63,672 nt of DNA, taken from Octopus bimaculoides (taxonomy: Eukaryota). Each line of letters opens with the position of its first letter. The stretch's first letter is position 1. Position numbers and translations under genes: made by a program. The stretch covers positions 8,405,743 through 8,469,414 of the forward strand of contig NC_068992.1 in NCBI RefSeq assembly GCF_001194135.2. Direction: 5' to 3'. Below, piece after piece: positions 38,355 through 50,215 of the stretch. The notes under the pieces were generated by a model, which was given only the letters and a program-made list of their open reading frames with translations, was not told the DNA's origin and made no database searches.

Positions 38355-38612
38355 GAGTTTACGTATTTAGGTAGTGAGATAACGTTCTCAGGCGGCACCG
38401 ACGAAGATATTAAGACGAGAATAAGTAAGGCAAGGATCGCTTTCCACCTGTTAAAAAAAGTATGGAGTGCAAGTGTAATTTCAATAAAGAACAAAATAAG
38501 AATTTTTAACACTAACTTAAAAGCGGTGTTATTGTATGGGGCTGAGACATGGAGAACAACAGTTAAGTCAAATAAGCAAATACAATCATTCATCAAGAGG
38601 TGCTTGCTGAAT
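38355..38612 (+). mobile_element. RTE-clade LINE reverse transcriptase fragment
   Basis: Open frame EFTYLGSEITFSGGTDEDIKTRISKARIAFHLLKKVW...KIRIFNTNLKAVLLYGAETW, a typical RTE RT C-terminal region. Confidence 0.88.
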
Positions 38613-38709
38613 ATCCCCGAGAGCTACATTAAGGGTACNNNNNNNNNNAGCAGGCTGTTCCGTTGATCGGATCAACTGGAACCCTTGACGTCGTAAGCGA
38701 CGGAGTGCC

Positions 38710-38752
<43 letters not shown>

Positions 38753-38759
38753 TAAGGGC

Positions 38760-38920
38760 TGGCGTTAGGAAGGGCATGGCGTTAAGAAGGGCATCCAGCT
38801 GTAGAAACTCTGCCAAATTAGATTGGAGCCTGGTGTTGCCATCCGGTTTCACCAGTCCTCAGTCAAATCGTCCAACCCATGCTAGCATGGAAAGCGGACG
38901 TTAAACGATGATGATGATGA
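38760..38920 (+). mobile_element. Family D 5'-truncated copy
   Basis: High identity to the 3' part of 25310-25594; short 5' duplication ggcgtta.gaagggcat. Confidence 0.8.
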
Positions 38921-38922
38921 TA

Positions 38923-39033
38923 TAGGGTGTACCAGAAGTCACGCAGCATTCTGACGCAATTTATTTTATTTAATTCAATAAAGGTGTATTTTTTTTTTAA
39001 TCAGGATTGATGCGTGACTTCTGGGACACCCTG
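38923..39033. mobile_element. 111-bp Tc1/mariner-type MITE
   Basis: TIRs TAGGGTGTACCAGAAGTCACGCA / TGCGTGACTTCTGGGACACCCTG (21/23), TA on both sides. Confidence 0.85.
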
Positions 39034-39069
<36 letters not shown>

Positions 39070-39161
39070 AATACATAAACACACACACATGCATGCACAC
39101 ACATATTCACATGCTTGCATCCACATCAGTATATTGTATCTACTCTGTTTATTGTTTACAG

Positions 39162-39337
39162 GCAGCAACAGCGTGAATGTCTTCCTAGGACTTGGACTTC
39201 CCTGGGTTATATGTAGTATGTACTACACTATCAAAGGTGAATCCTTCTTGGTGACCAACAATAACTTAGCATCCAGTGTTACACTTTTCACAATTTGTGG
39301 TCTCATTTGCATTATTTTACTAGTGTTTCGTAGACTG
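39162..39337 (+). CDS. NCX: NCX-like exon: (G)SNSVNVFLGLGLPWVICSMYYTIKGESFLVTNNNLASSVTLFTICGLICIILLVFRRL
   Basis: ttgtttacag acceptor, CTG|gtaag donor, phase 1 to 0; GSN.VNVFLG.G..W and LA.SVTLFTI motifs. Confidence 0.97.
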
Positions 39338-40299
39338 GTAAGTGATAATATTTCTATTCTTCTTCTTTGCCTGCACCGGGCAAAATGCTTTGCGGCATTT
39401 TGTCCATCTTTACATTCTGGCTTTAAATTTTGCCAAGGTCAACTTTGCTAGTCATCCTTTTGGAGTCAATAATATAAGTACCAGTTGAGTCCTGGGGTTG
39501 ATGTAATTGACTAGCCACTACCCGAAACTTGTTGGTCTTGTGCTAAAATTTGAAATTATTATTATTATTATTATTATGAAAGCATTAAATTGGCAGAATT
39601 ATTAGCACGCCAAATAAAATGCTTTGCTGGGGTTGATGCAAATGACTATTCCCTTCCCCAAAATTCAGGCTGTTTATCTATAGTAGAAAGGATTGTTGTT
39701 ATTGTTGTTGTTGTTGAGTGAGAGAGTAGTGCATGCCATTAAAGTGACACTGGGGTACAAATATATGAAGCCTAATATATCCATTATGACTGCCTGTCTG
39801 GTAAGGGTACACCAGGCACATGCATCACAACCATATGTGCACAACATGGTGATCTCATAACAAGATAAACAGCACATCATTGAAATCTCAAAGCAATGAG
39901 ATAATGCATGATTAATTCAAAACAATTGGAATGAATAAGTAATCTGATTGGTAAAGAGTTAACCATCCAAATGTACGATCTGACTTGCAACTATAATGAT
40001 AAATAAGTGGTGGAGAAATTCTAGCAAGATCCACAAGAAGTGAAATTTGGCAAACATAATGAAAAAGATGTATTTATAATTCAAGCTGAATTGGAATGCA
40101 AAAATTGTATCAGATGCTCCTGAAACTTGGAAGTGAACTGTTGCTAAATATGACTTGGAATAAAAAAAAAAGCAAACTAGTAACAGGGGAGTATAATTAG
40201 AATTTTCAAAACAACACAAACTATTTACAGCAAATATAATACACAGTGCAAGCTATCAAGAGCTATAAACTAGAATTTACTAGCGGGGATATAATATAA

Positions 40300-41170
40300 C
40301 CAGTTTAATTTTATTCTCATCAAAAAAACAATAATAGTGGATTATAAATGAAGCTAAAACTCCAAGTTTTACCAGCCAGGTGCAAATATAAGCAGGGTTA
40401 ACGAACTTTTAATTATGACAATAAAAATTAAATTCAAATCACTCGTGAAGAACTAAGCTTTGAAAATAAAATACTATCTTGAAAAATTTTAAATCCTGAA
40501 TATTGCAGAATTTAAAGCACAGATAAGAGAAGTGTTCTCACATTAAACCTTAATCATTATAATTAGAGGCAAGGTTCAGGAATTAACAGGTGCATTTGAA
40601 GATTAACTGGTGCATTTGAAGAATAACAAGAGCTGTCAGAATTCTTTGTATGAAAGAAAAAAGTTAAGAATCCATATAAATAAAGATGCTTTAATTAGTT
40701 GTGATGAAAGAAGAGATCTGAAACAAAATCTTTATGAAAACAAAACTGCAGGAATTGGCCAAGAGGAAAGTTTTAGAAAAAGGAAATGTGGGCAGGAAAA
40801 GATATGTACATAGGTTAACAAAAGATGTGAAGAAACAGAAAGAATCCACAGAGAAAATAAAATAAGAAAACATATCGAATGGTTAAAGAGCTAACCAAAG
40901 AATGGATACCTAAAAATAAAGTTGTCGATGACAACCTGCTAAGCAAGCTAAATGAAGTAAAGGAGATAGAAATAATACTTTGAAGAATGTTGCAGACATA
41001 AACTGGAGATAGATAGCAACATGTTAAAAGAATTAAGCAAAGAAACTTCCTTTGATGTACAGGAGAAAGAAATCATTTCAGAAGTTACACAAATAATCAG
41101 GAAAGTAAATATATCACCTGGAACAGGTAATATTGTATAATGTAGAACTGTTAAAGTAGGAAGATGAACA
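40300..41170 (+). mobile_element. Highly decayed LINE ORF2 remnant (endonuclease end plus linker, RTE/BovB-like)
   Basis: A-rich coding-like strand; PGANISRVNELLIMTIKIKFK resembles PGADCGSDHELL..KF.LKLK; no intact frame. Confidence 0.4.
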
Positions 41171-42249
41171 TATCGCTGAATATTCTTTGTATAATTTGTT
41201 AATTTGTTTTACAGCTACGGCTGTGAGGTTATGAAGCTCACTTTGTAACCATATTTTCAGGTTCAGTTCCACTGCATGGCACCTTGGGTCTTGACTATAG
41301 CAGTGGCCCGATCAGTGCATTATGATTTTTGTAGATGGAAACTGTGTGGCAATTCATTGTGTGTGTACACATGTGCACGTGTTTATTTGTGTTTGTTCTC
41401 ACTATCACTTGAAAACTGGAGTTTATTTGTTTTGCCTAAACCATTCAAAGTTGTGCCCCAGTATGACTGAAAAGACAGTATTTCATGTGCTGGAGAATGG
41501 CCCATGAAATGGACTGAATCAAATTTTATACAATAACCAGAGAAGGGAAACATCAAAAAGTGTGAAAACAATCATAAAACTAGTTTAATTAACCATCAGA
41601 GTAAGGTTTTGCTCTATGTTTCCCTTGCTTGAATGAAACCAACAATAAAAAATTATACTAAAATTCTACTCAGAGAAACACAGATGGGAGAAATTGACAT
41701 GGAGAGAAATTGAGGTTTATTATGAGAAAATATAACACCAGCTTATCAATAGTACATGTTATATTAACATGGGAAAAGTTTACAAGTGACTGGTTTGTCA
41801 GGTTCAGAAAAGGGTGCATTTTCACTATTCTGCTGCAATGTGTTTCTGGAATACATGAGAGAACTACTTGAATCTTTTTAAAGGAAATATTAAGAAAGGA
41901 GGTGAGGAATTTAGTCATCTCTGTTTTTGTCAATGATATTGATTAAGAAGAACATTTTGTATGTAAAAGAAAACAGAAACAAAAAATGATGTAAAAAGCA
42001 AGATAACGATAGGAAGGAAGAACAAACACATAGTTGTTCCAATTGAAATAGTAGGAGAGATATTCAAACATGATAAAGTGGGCATTAAAAGATGATGATG
42101 ATGATGATGACGATGATGACGACAAAAACAACAACAAAAAAATTTGTATTTTTAAATACCATAGTTTCAACTGCACTTTATGAATGGCAATCAGAGGTAT
42201 TAGGTACCAAAAGGGAAAAAAGGTGATGGTTTTTTAAGTATTTATGTCA

Positions 42250-42474
42250 TTAACCCTCTAGCATTCAGATTACTCTGTCAAATGTAATGCTTATTCATTC
42301 AAATCGTTTTGAATTAATCATGCACCATTTTCTAACTTCAAGGTCTTGATGTGATTGTTTATTTTTAGAATGACATTGTAGGGTAGGTGTGATACACCAG
42401 ATCTAGCCAGTTTGAACATAAAACAGGTAGAATATTTTGGCTGGATACAGTTGGTTTAAATACTAAAGAATTAA
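42250..42474 (+). mobile_element. TTAA-type MITE copy
   Basis: TTAA-CCCTCTAGCATT...AATACTAAAGAA-TTAA; body matches 20549-20776. Confidence 0.78.
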
Positions 42475-42629
42475 GAGAGGATTTGGCAGAATTGTTAATG
42501 CATCAGACAAACTATGTTGCAGTAATTACTTATAACCCTTTGCACTAAGCTAACTTTACCTTTAATCTTTCTGAGGTAAATATTTTCTATAACATAAAGT
42601 GCCACTCTAGGACCTGAGTCAGTTTGGTA

Positions 42630-43035
42630 TTCCTCTTAAGCATCCTGGATATGAATAGAATTATCATACAAGAAAAGTGGTCAACTTTGCCATCATCCTG
42701 TCAGGGTTGATAAAACAAAGAACCTGTCAAGTACTAGAGATGATATAATATTCTTATAAAGCATCCAAGCAGTGAATGGTATTATGATAGAAGGGGAAAT
42801 TATCAGCTTTGCTGTCATCCTCACAGGATTGATAAAGCAAAGTAGAAATGCAAGGCGGTTGATTTAATATTCATATAAAGTATCCAAAACATGAATGGGA
42901 ATATAAGAAGGGAGGTCAGCTTTGCCTTTCATTTATTTAGGGGTCAATAAGATAAAGTATCAGTGAAGGATTTAGAAGTGATTTATATTCTTACAGAGCA
43001 TCCAAGATGTGAATGGAAATATTATAGAAAGATCT
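42630..43035 (+). repeat. Diverged ~120-bp tandem array, about 3.3 units
   Basis: agcatcc/agtatcc anchors at 42639, 42760, 42879 and 42997. Confidence 0.7.
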
Positions 43036-43251
43036 CATCAGTCTTAGAGAGCCTACAAAGATCATAGTTATTGTCCCCTTCTCCCAAAATAAACCAGAGA
43101 AAAGAATTATCAAAGGCATTTCCTGCGTTTTCACTTAATATCTCTCTCCTATACCTATATGCTTTTCTGTTTTTGTCTCCTGTATCCGGTGACATTTCTC
43201 TTAACAATGATCTTACGATAATTCTATATTTGTCTCATAATTTCTTTACAG

Positions 43252-43395
43252 GTCGTCGGTGGTGAACTGGGAGGATCTTGGTGTGTTTCACGGCTGTGCA
43301 GCCTATTCTTATTTCTCTTATGGGTAACATATATATGCATAATTGGTGCCAAAGCATATGATGTCAATATTCTCCCTTGGCTCAACATGTTGTAG
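43252..43395 (+). CDS. NCX: NCX-like terminal exon: VVGGELGGSWCVSRLCSLFLFLLWVTYICIIGAKAYDVNILPWLNML*
   Basis: tttctttacag acceptor; GGELGG...LW..Y...AY C-terminal NCX motif; TAG at 43393-43395. Confidence 0.96.
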   Translation, partial: VVGGELGGSWCVSRLCSLFLFLLWVTYICIIGAKAYDVNILPWLNML

Positions 43396-43431
43396 CATGT
43401 AGAATGCTTTGTCATGACAATAGTGTGGTTG

Positions 43432-43437
43432 AATAAA
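43432..43437 (+). terminator. Candidate polyadenylation signal AATAAA of the NCX-like gene
   Basis: AATAAA 37 nt after the stop codon; usage not demonstrated. Confidence 0.4.
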
Positions 43438-43801
43438 AAGCTTGATATACTCCTATCACAGCTTTGAACACAACACTCACAACCAACACAAGAATGAATG
43501 AACGAATAAGTAAATAAAAAAAAGTATATAAGTATTTTCGTTAAAACAGTGACACAGTTTGGAAATAAGGAAAGAACATATATATACATATATATACACA
43601 CACACACATATATATATATACATTAACTATATATATGTATGTGTGTATACATATACGTTTTTATATATAAACAGATATATAGATATATATGTATATATAT
43701 ATCTATATATATACACATATATACACACACACACACACACACATATGCATGTATAATCATATACTTCATGTATATAAATATATGTGTGTATACACATATA
43801 T

Positions 43802-43858
<57 letters not shown>

Positions 43859-43973
43859 AACACACATCCATATAATCATATACTTCATGTATATAATTAT
43901 ATGTCTGCATGTATATATATTTTACATACATGTTTTTGAGATTCTCTCTCTCTCTCTCTCTCTGTCTGTCTAC

Positions 43974-44027
<54 letters not shown>

Positions 44028-45075
44028 ACACACACATGCATATAATCAGTAAAGCTATCAGTAGTGTGACTGACTACATGTGAAATATATAACACTATGA
44101 AGAAGAAAACCAGAAAATTCCCTATTAAGATAATATTTATGTGGAAAGGCAAAGAAAAAATTGATAACACATTCAAAATGAATATAAACAAAAATACAAT
44201 GTTTTCCCTTTGTATTTCTATGTGAATATGTGTTTCTGTGTTGACGTATGCGTATAAACATATTTGTTTGATTTTATGAAGGAAATTATCAGAGGCATAT
44301 GTGGCAGAATTACTAACAAAGATAAATAAATATTTAAATATTTTCAAACAAAAATGTCAAAAGTTATGAAGTCAAAATTGAAAAAAAAAAAAGAAATAAA
44401 AGCATAGAAAGGGATGTGAAGATTGATAGGGAGGCACAAAGAGAAGGTATTGAGAAGGAGAGAGAGTGTGGTGGTGGGTGATGTGAGCCAGCTGAGTGGT
44501 AAGTTTTAAAATTCCATAGGGCAGAAATGTAACAAAAATCCGGAACATCTATATATATATATATATATATATNNNNNNNNNNNNNNNNNNNNNNNNNNNN
44601 NNNNNNNNNNNNNNNNNNNNNNNNNNNNNNNNNNNNNNNNNNNNNNNNNNNNNNNNNNNNNNNNNNNNNNNNNNNNNNNNNNNNNNNNNNNNNNNNNNNN
44701 NNNNNNNNNNNNNNNNNNNNNNNNNNNNNNNNNNNNNNNNNNNNNNNNNNNNNNNNNNNNNNNNNNNNNNNNNNNNNNNNNNNNNNNNNNNNNNNNNNNN
44801 NNNNNNNNNNNNNNNNNNNNNNNNNNNNNNNNNNNNNNNNNNNNNNNNNNNNNNNNNNNNNNNNNNNNNNNNNNNNNNNNNNNNNNNNNNNNNNNNNNNN
44901 NNNNNNNNNNNNNNNNNNNNNNNNNNNNNNNNNNNNNNNNATGTTACCTATGGAGATATAAAGAATTATATATTAGCATATACATATAGACGTGAATATA
45001 TATATATATACACACATAAATATGTAGACATATATTTATATATACTTACATACACACACACACACACACATATAC

Positions 45076-45179
45076 ATCATCATCACATCATCACAGTTTA
45101 ACATCCGCTTTCCATGCTAGCATGGGTTGGACGATTTGACTGAGGACTGGTGAAACCGGATGGCAACACCAGGCTCCAA

Positions 45180-45186
<7 letters not shown>
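45076..45186 (-). mobile_element. Family D 3' end
   Basis: Same extent and sequence as 667-784. Confidence 0.8.
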
Positions 45187-45228
<42 letters not shown>

Positions 45229-45819
45229 TATATGTGTGTGTGTATGTATGCATTTATGAACACACATAGTATTTCATATATTTGAAGTTTTTGCAAAGAA
45301 CCTATACTTTCGCTAATTTTATAACTCTTGAGAAACTGAATATTTTCAATCTGTAAACACGGTTGAATGATTTTTAAATATTTCCTTCTGGTTCAAATGT
45401 TTGGAAAGAGTTTTGTTCATAACAGTTAAAATAATTTCTCTGCAAAATATATGCCATTTCATAAGAAGAATACTGAAAAATCTATTTGACACAGCAAACT
45501 TGCTCAAAGGCAATTCACAGTGTATTTCACACTTGAATATAAACTGATCTTATTAAAATTCTGCATACCAAAACATTGGTCAATCAGGGATTTTGGCAGT
45601 GTCCAGCAGAAGATACAAAGTGGCTCAAGGGCCGAGAATTTTGTGCTGTAGCACTTAAACGCTTGACCCTTGAGTCATTCTGTAGATTTTGCTGATGAAA
45701 AAAAAAATATGTACGTTCTATTTTGACTTCTATTTTGTATTACCAAAGCATACATGTCTGCATATGTGTGCATGCAACAAACATTTATTGTATAAAATGA
45801 TTTGATTCTAGTACTATGG

Positions 45820-45851
<32 letters not shown>

Positions 45852-48078
45852 GTATATATGTATACATATATAGATATAGTTATCAATAAATCTAGGGATA
45901 TACCAGTGCATGAGAACCCGCAATAACCACTTAGAGTAAAGCACTCTCTTATAATATTATAATATATATAAACATAGTTCAAATTTACAAAAAAAAAACA
46001 AAAATCAAAGACAGGTGTAGGAGCAACAAGCAGGTGCATTAGTTTAACACTCAGGAAAAATGGAAAAGTCTTCTACATTTCAAGCCCCTGCCCTTTTTGA
46101 CAGAAAGGAATAACAGGAAAAAATGGAGAGAGGAAAAAAACTGTGCAGAGTTCAGCAGTCCAACGTGGTGGGATATATATATATATAGGTTTGGTGATAC
46201 AAATAGCTAAATTCGAACTCAAAATATGAGTAATATATATATACAAATATATATATACTTTTATTAATATTTAGTAGAGGTAAGAAAGTGACTCACGGGC
46301 AAAGAGATTTGTGCATTAGCACTTATGAAAGTTTTTGGTATAAGTTTAGTAAGTGCCAACACACGAAACTTTTGACCCTTGTGTTACTTTGTTATTTCTG
46401 CTAAATATTGATATATACACGCACATGTATATATATATTTATGCATATACATGTATTCCTGTATGTATATACATATAAATGCATTGATATTATAAACAAA
46501 TTAACACAACTTTCCCCGTATATATATATATATATATATATGTAATGAAATGTTTATTTTCTAAGATGCCTCAAATTCTTTTACTGATGGATTTTTCTGC
46601 TTTCTTGTTTGATTCTTATTTAATTTACAACAATAGATGACTATACTTGTAATGCCTTGATCCAAATATTTCCAATTAAATCACATTTAAATCCTCACAA
46701 GCATTTAATTAATAATATATTAAAAAAATTAGTTGTATTTTTGTCAAGCATCATAGAGCAAGTGGAGACACTATCTGCATTGAAACTTTAAACTCAAATC
46801 CATAACTTGTTTTATTTTAGTTTTGCTATGCTATTTCCTTTAGGAAAGGTATGAATGATGTAGCTTATAATTCCTTTAGACTAAGGATAATAAAATTTTT
46901 ATGTTGAAATTTAAAATAATATATTATCAAAGATATTTCACAACAATGATTGTCTTTATGTCTGTGTTTGTCTTCCACCACCAACTGGCAACTGGTATTA
47001 GTGTGTTCACATCCCCGTAACTTAGCAGTTTAGCAAAAGGACCAATGGAATAAGTACTAGGTTTTTAAGAAAATAAGAACTGGGATCAATTCATTCAACT
47101 AAAAATTCTTCAAGGCAGTGTCCCAGCATGGCCACAGTCTATTGATTGAAACAAGTAAGAGATAAAACGATAATTATGTTCCAACAAATACACTTAGTGA
47201 GTGTATAAAAGTCATTTACATGAATATTCATATTCATATACCAACAGACATGTATGTGGAAACAATCAAACATAGCTTGTAAAAATTAAGAGATAGCATT
47301 TGTAAAATGATGTTCTATCTGTTTACATTCTATTCACCTAATTTTGCTAAACACTAACATATTCTCATATTAACCAACATTTAACACTAACATATCCTCC
47401 AGCTATTCTCTTAGCATGATTCTAAGAACTGAAGTATAAGTTGGACAGCCCTGACAATCATTTACAAGAGGTTGTCAATCATAAATAAGTGACTGGCAGT
47501 GCTCCTGCATGGGCATAGCCTTTGTGCTGAAACGTATAAATGAAGACCAAAATAACAGTTCACTACATTGATAAAGATAAATCTTCTAAAGTATATGTAT
47601 AATTTACATTTTTTTGCCAAACATCCTTCATTAAATAGGAATCATATCAAATAAAATATACCCAAAGTATGTTTTTTTGCTGGTTTGGTACAAAAATATA
47701 TATAACAATATAACAAAGCTAGTTTATATATGACAATCATGCAAATGCACACATACGCTTTCATTCTTTGCCTAATTTCAGTAATTGAACCGCAGCTATG
47801 AGGGTTGGGGAATGCTGTCTTCAGTGGTGAAGTTTTTCATATTAATTCCAATACTTATTTTAGTCTGAGACTAATTTTATTAGTCTTTATTTGTCAAGCT
47901 ACTCATTTATGGCACACAAGGTAATATAACGAACATAAACACTAGATTTTAGATCAGTGTAAACATAAAAAATCATACACATGTACAAATGTATGCAAAT
48001 TTGCATACACCAAAAGACAGCCTGAGACTATACCAGAAGTCACTGGAAAATTTCTTTACTTACCCAGGCATGTCCCAG

Positions 48079-48179
<101 letters not shown>

Positions 48180-48940
48180 TATACATACATTTAAATGCAT
48201 ATATGTATACCTATATCCATTTTTCTCTCTGTTCAATTTTTTCATTCTTTCTCCATATTTTTTTCCTCTTAATCCTTTTGTGTCAAAGAGCATCGGCTTG
48301 AACTGTCAAAGACTTTTCCATTCTTCCTGACTGTTAAACTAATACACCTGCTTGTTGTTACTTCACCTGTCTCTGTCTTTTGTTTTCTGTAAATTTGAAT
48401 GATATGTATACACACACACACATACACACAAAAACACACAGATAAATATGAAGCCAACATCACGTGAATTCTTATCAAGTGATCTCTAGAGTAATGAAAA
48501 ATCCTACTGTAAACACACAAGTAAATGAAACCAATTTTTACAAGTATTGAGTGCGCTCTCTTTTTATGTTTGTATTCTCCAAAAGTACACACACATATAT
48601 TATCAGATGTAATGCTTTAATCACAAGTGAGTACTTAACAATCACACTTCACTGTATGTGCATTCACATGTGTGAAGAACACAATAGATTTGAGTTTAAA
48701 GTACTCAACTATTGACCATAGGATCATGAGTTCAGTCCTTACTGCTTCAATTATGTGTTTATGTGTTGTACTTTTGAGCAAGGTACATAACTTTTTTTAC
48801 CCCATGTTCCACTCCAACTGCAACATGCAATGTGGAGAGGTTAGCTGTGAAATGGGTGTCCAACTGTAAGAATAAATGTTTCAAAATACGAACCATCCTC
48901 TTCATAAATATGAAAATATATTATGTGATTCAGCTAAAAA

Positions 48941-48976
<36 letters not shown>

Positions 48977-49154
48977 TATGTATGTATGTATATATAATCC
49001 GAAATGTATAGTATTAACTATCCATCAGGGCTGATCTTACCAATCAGTTTCATGTAAAGAATACGATGGAGTGTTAGATAACAAACCGACTATATATCTT
49101 TACGCTCATCAGAGTTTTAAAGAGTTAGCTGCTACGGAAGGGAATATGACGACT

Positions 49155-49155
49155 G

Positions 49156-49194
<39 letters not shown>

Positions 49195-49493
49195 CACATA
49201 TATATACACACACACAAATACATTGATATGCGTATATGTACACGCACATATACATACATATATATCTATATATATACATGTATTGATGTATATATATGTA
49301 TGTATATGTATGCATGTATGTATATATATATATTTGTATGTATTTGTATGCAAATATATATATATGTATGTATGCATGTATATATATATCTATATCTGTA
49401 TGTATATTTATATAAATGTATGTATATATATATACACATATATATACATATATATACACATATATATACATATATATACATACATATGCATAA

Positions 49494-49562
<69 letters not shown>

Positions 49563-49625
49563 TATATACACACATACACATATATATATATATATACACA
49601 CACACATATATATATATATATACCG
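49155..49625. repeat. Compound (TA)n/(CA)n/(TACA)n microsatellite field
   Basis: Direct inspection; similar fields at 43580-44030, 18250-18360, 24080-24155, 25135-25290 and 48085-48180. Confidence 0.95.
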
Positions 49626-50172
49626 GAGTAAGCACATAAATGTGCAACAAGTTGGAAAAAAGAGTACTCAAATATCAAAGGTAGAGTAATATGCTTTATT
49701 TAAAAGCAGCAGAAATATAACAAAAACTCAGAGTAACAGTTTTTTGTTATATTTCTGCTACTTTTAAATAAAGTATATTCATATATATATATATGTGTGT
49801 ATGTATATATATACACACACAGTTGGAGAATAGAAGTCACTTCAATACTTATTTATTATTTTGTCAAAATTTTCATCACATGAACAGTAACCTGGTCACT
49901 GACAAGATTACACTATATCTAATCTATGACTTTATTGGTTTATATATAATAGAGGTTCCAGAGTTATTTGTTTTATTTTAACCAACAAACTTTCTGATTA
50001 AATACAGTGCAATCTTCTCAGTGACCAGAATGCAATTTATGTAAAGAAAATTTTAAATCCAAATAACAAATAGTAACTGTTTAAGTAGAGGTAACAGTGT
50101 TTGTGTGGGTTTTTGAATGGCTAACATATATATATACATACATATACATATACACACATATACATATACACA

Positions 50173-50215
<43 letters not shown>

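Noticed and set aside
49020-49052. CTGAT/ATCAG stem next to GAAAC and CTGATGG on the minus strand
   Set aside because: Motif order leaves no room for stem I, and there is no UH triplet
49109-49689. 120-190 aa YI/HT/CV-repeat ORFs (also 43559-44347, 25116-25499, 18155-18427)
   Set aside because: Translations of dinucleotide microsatellites
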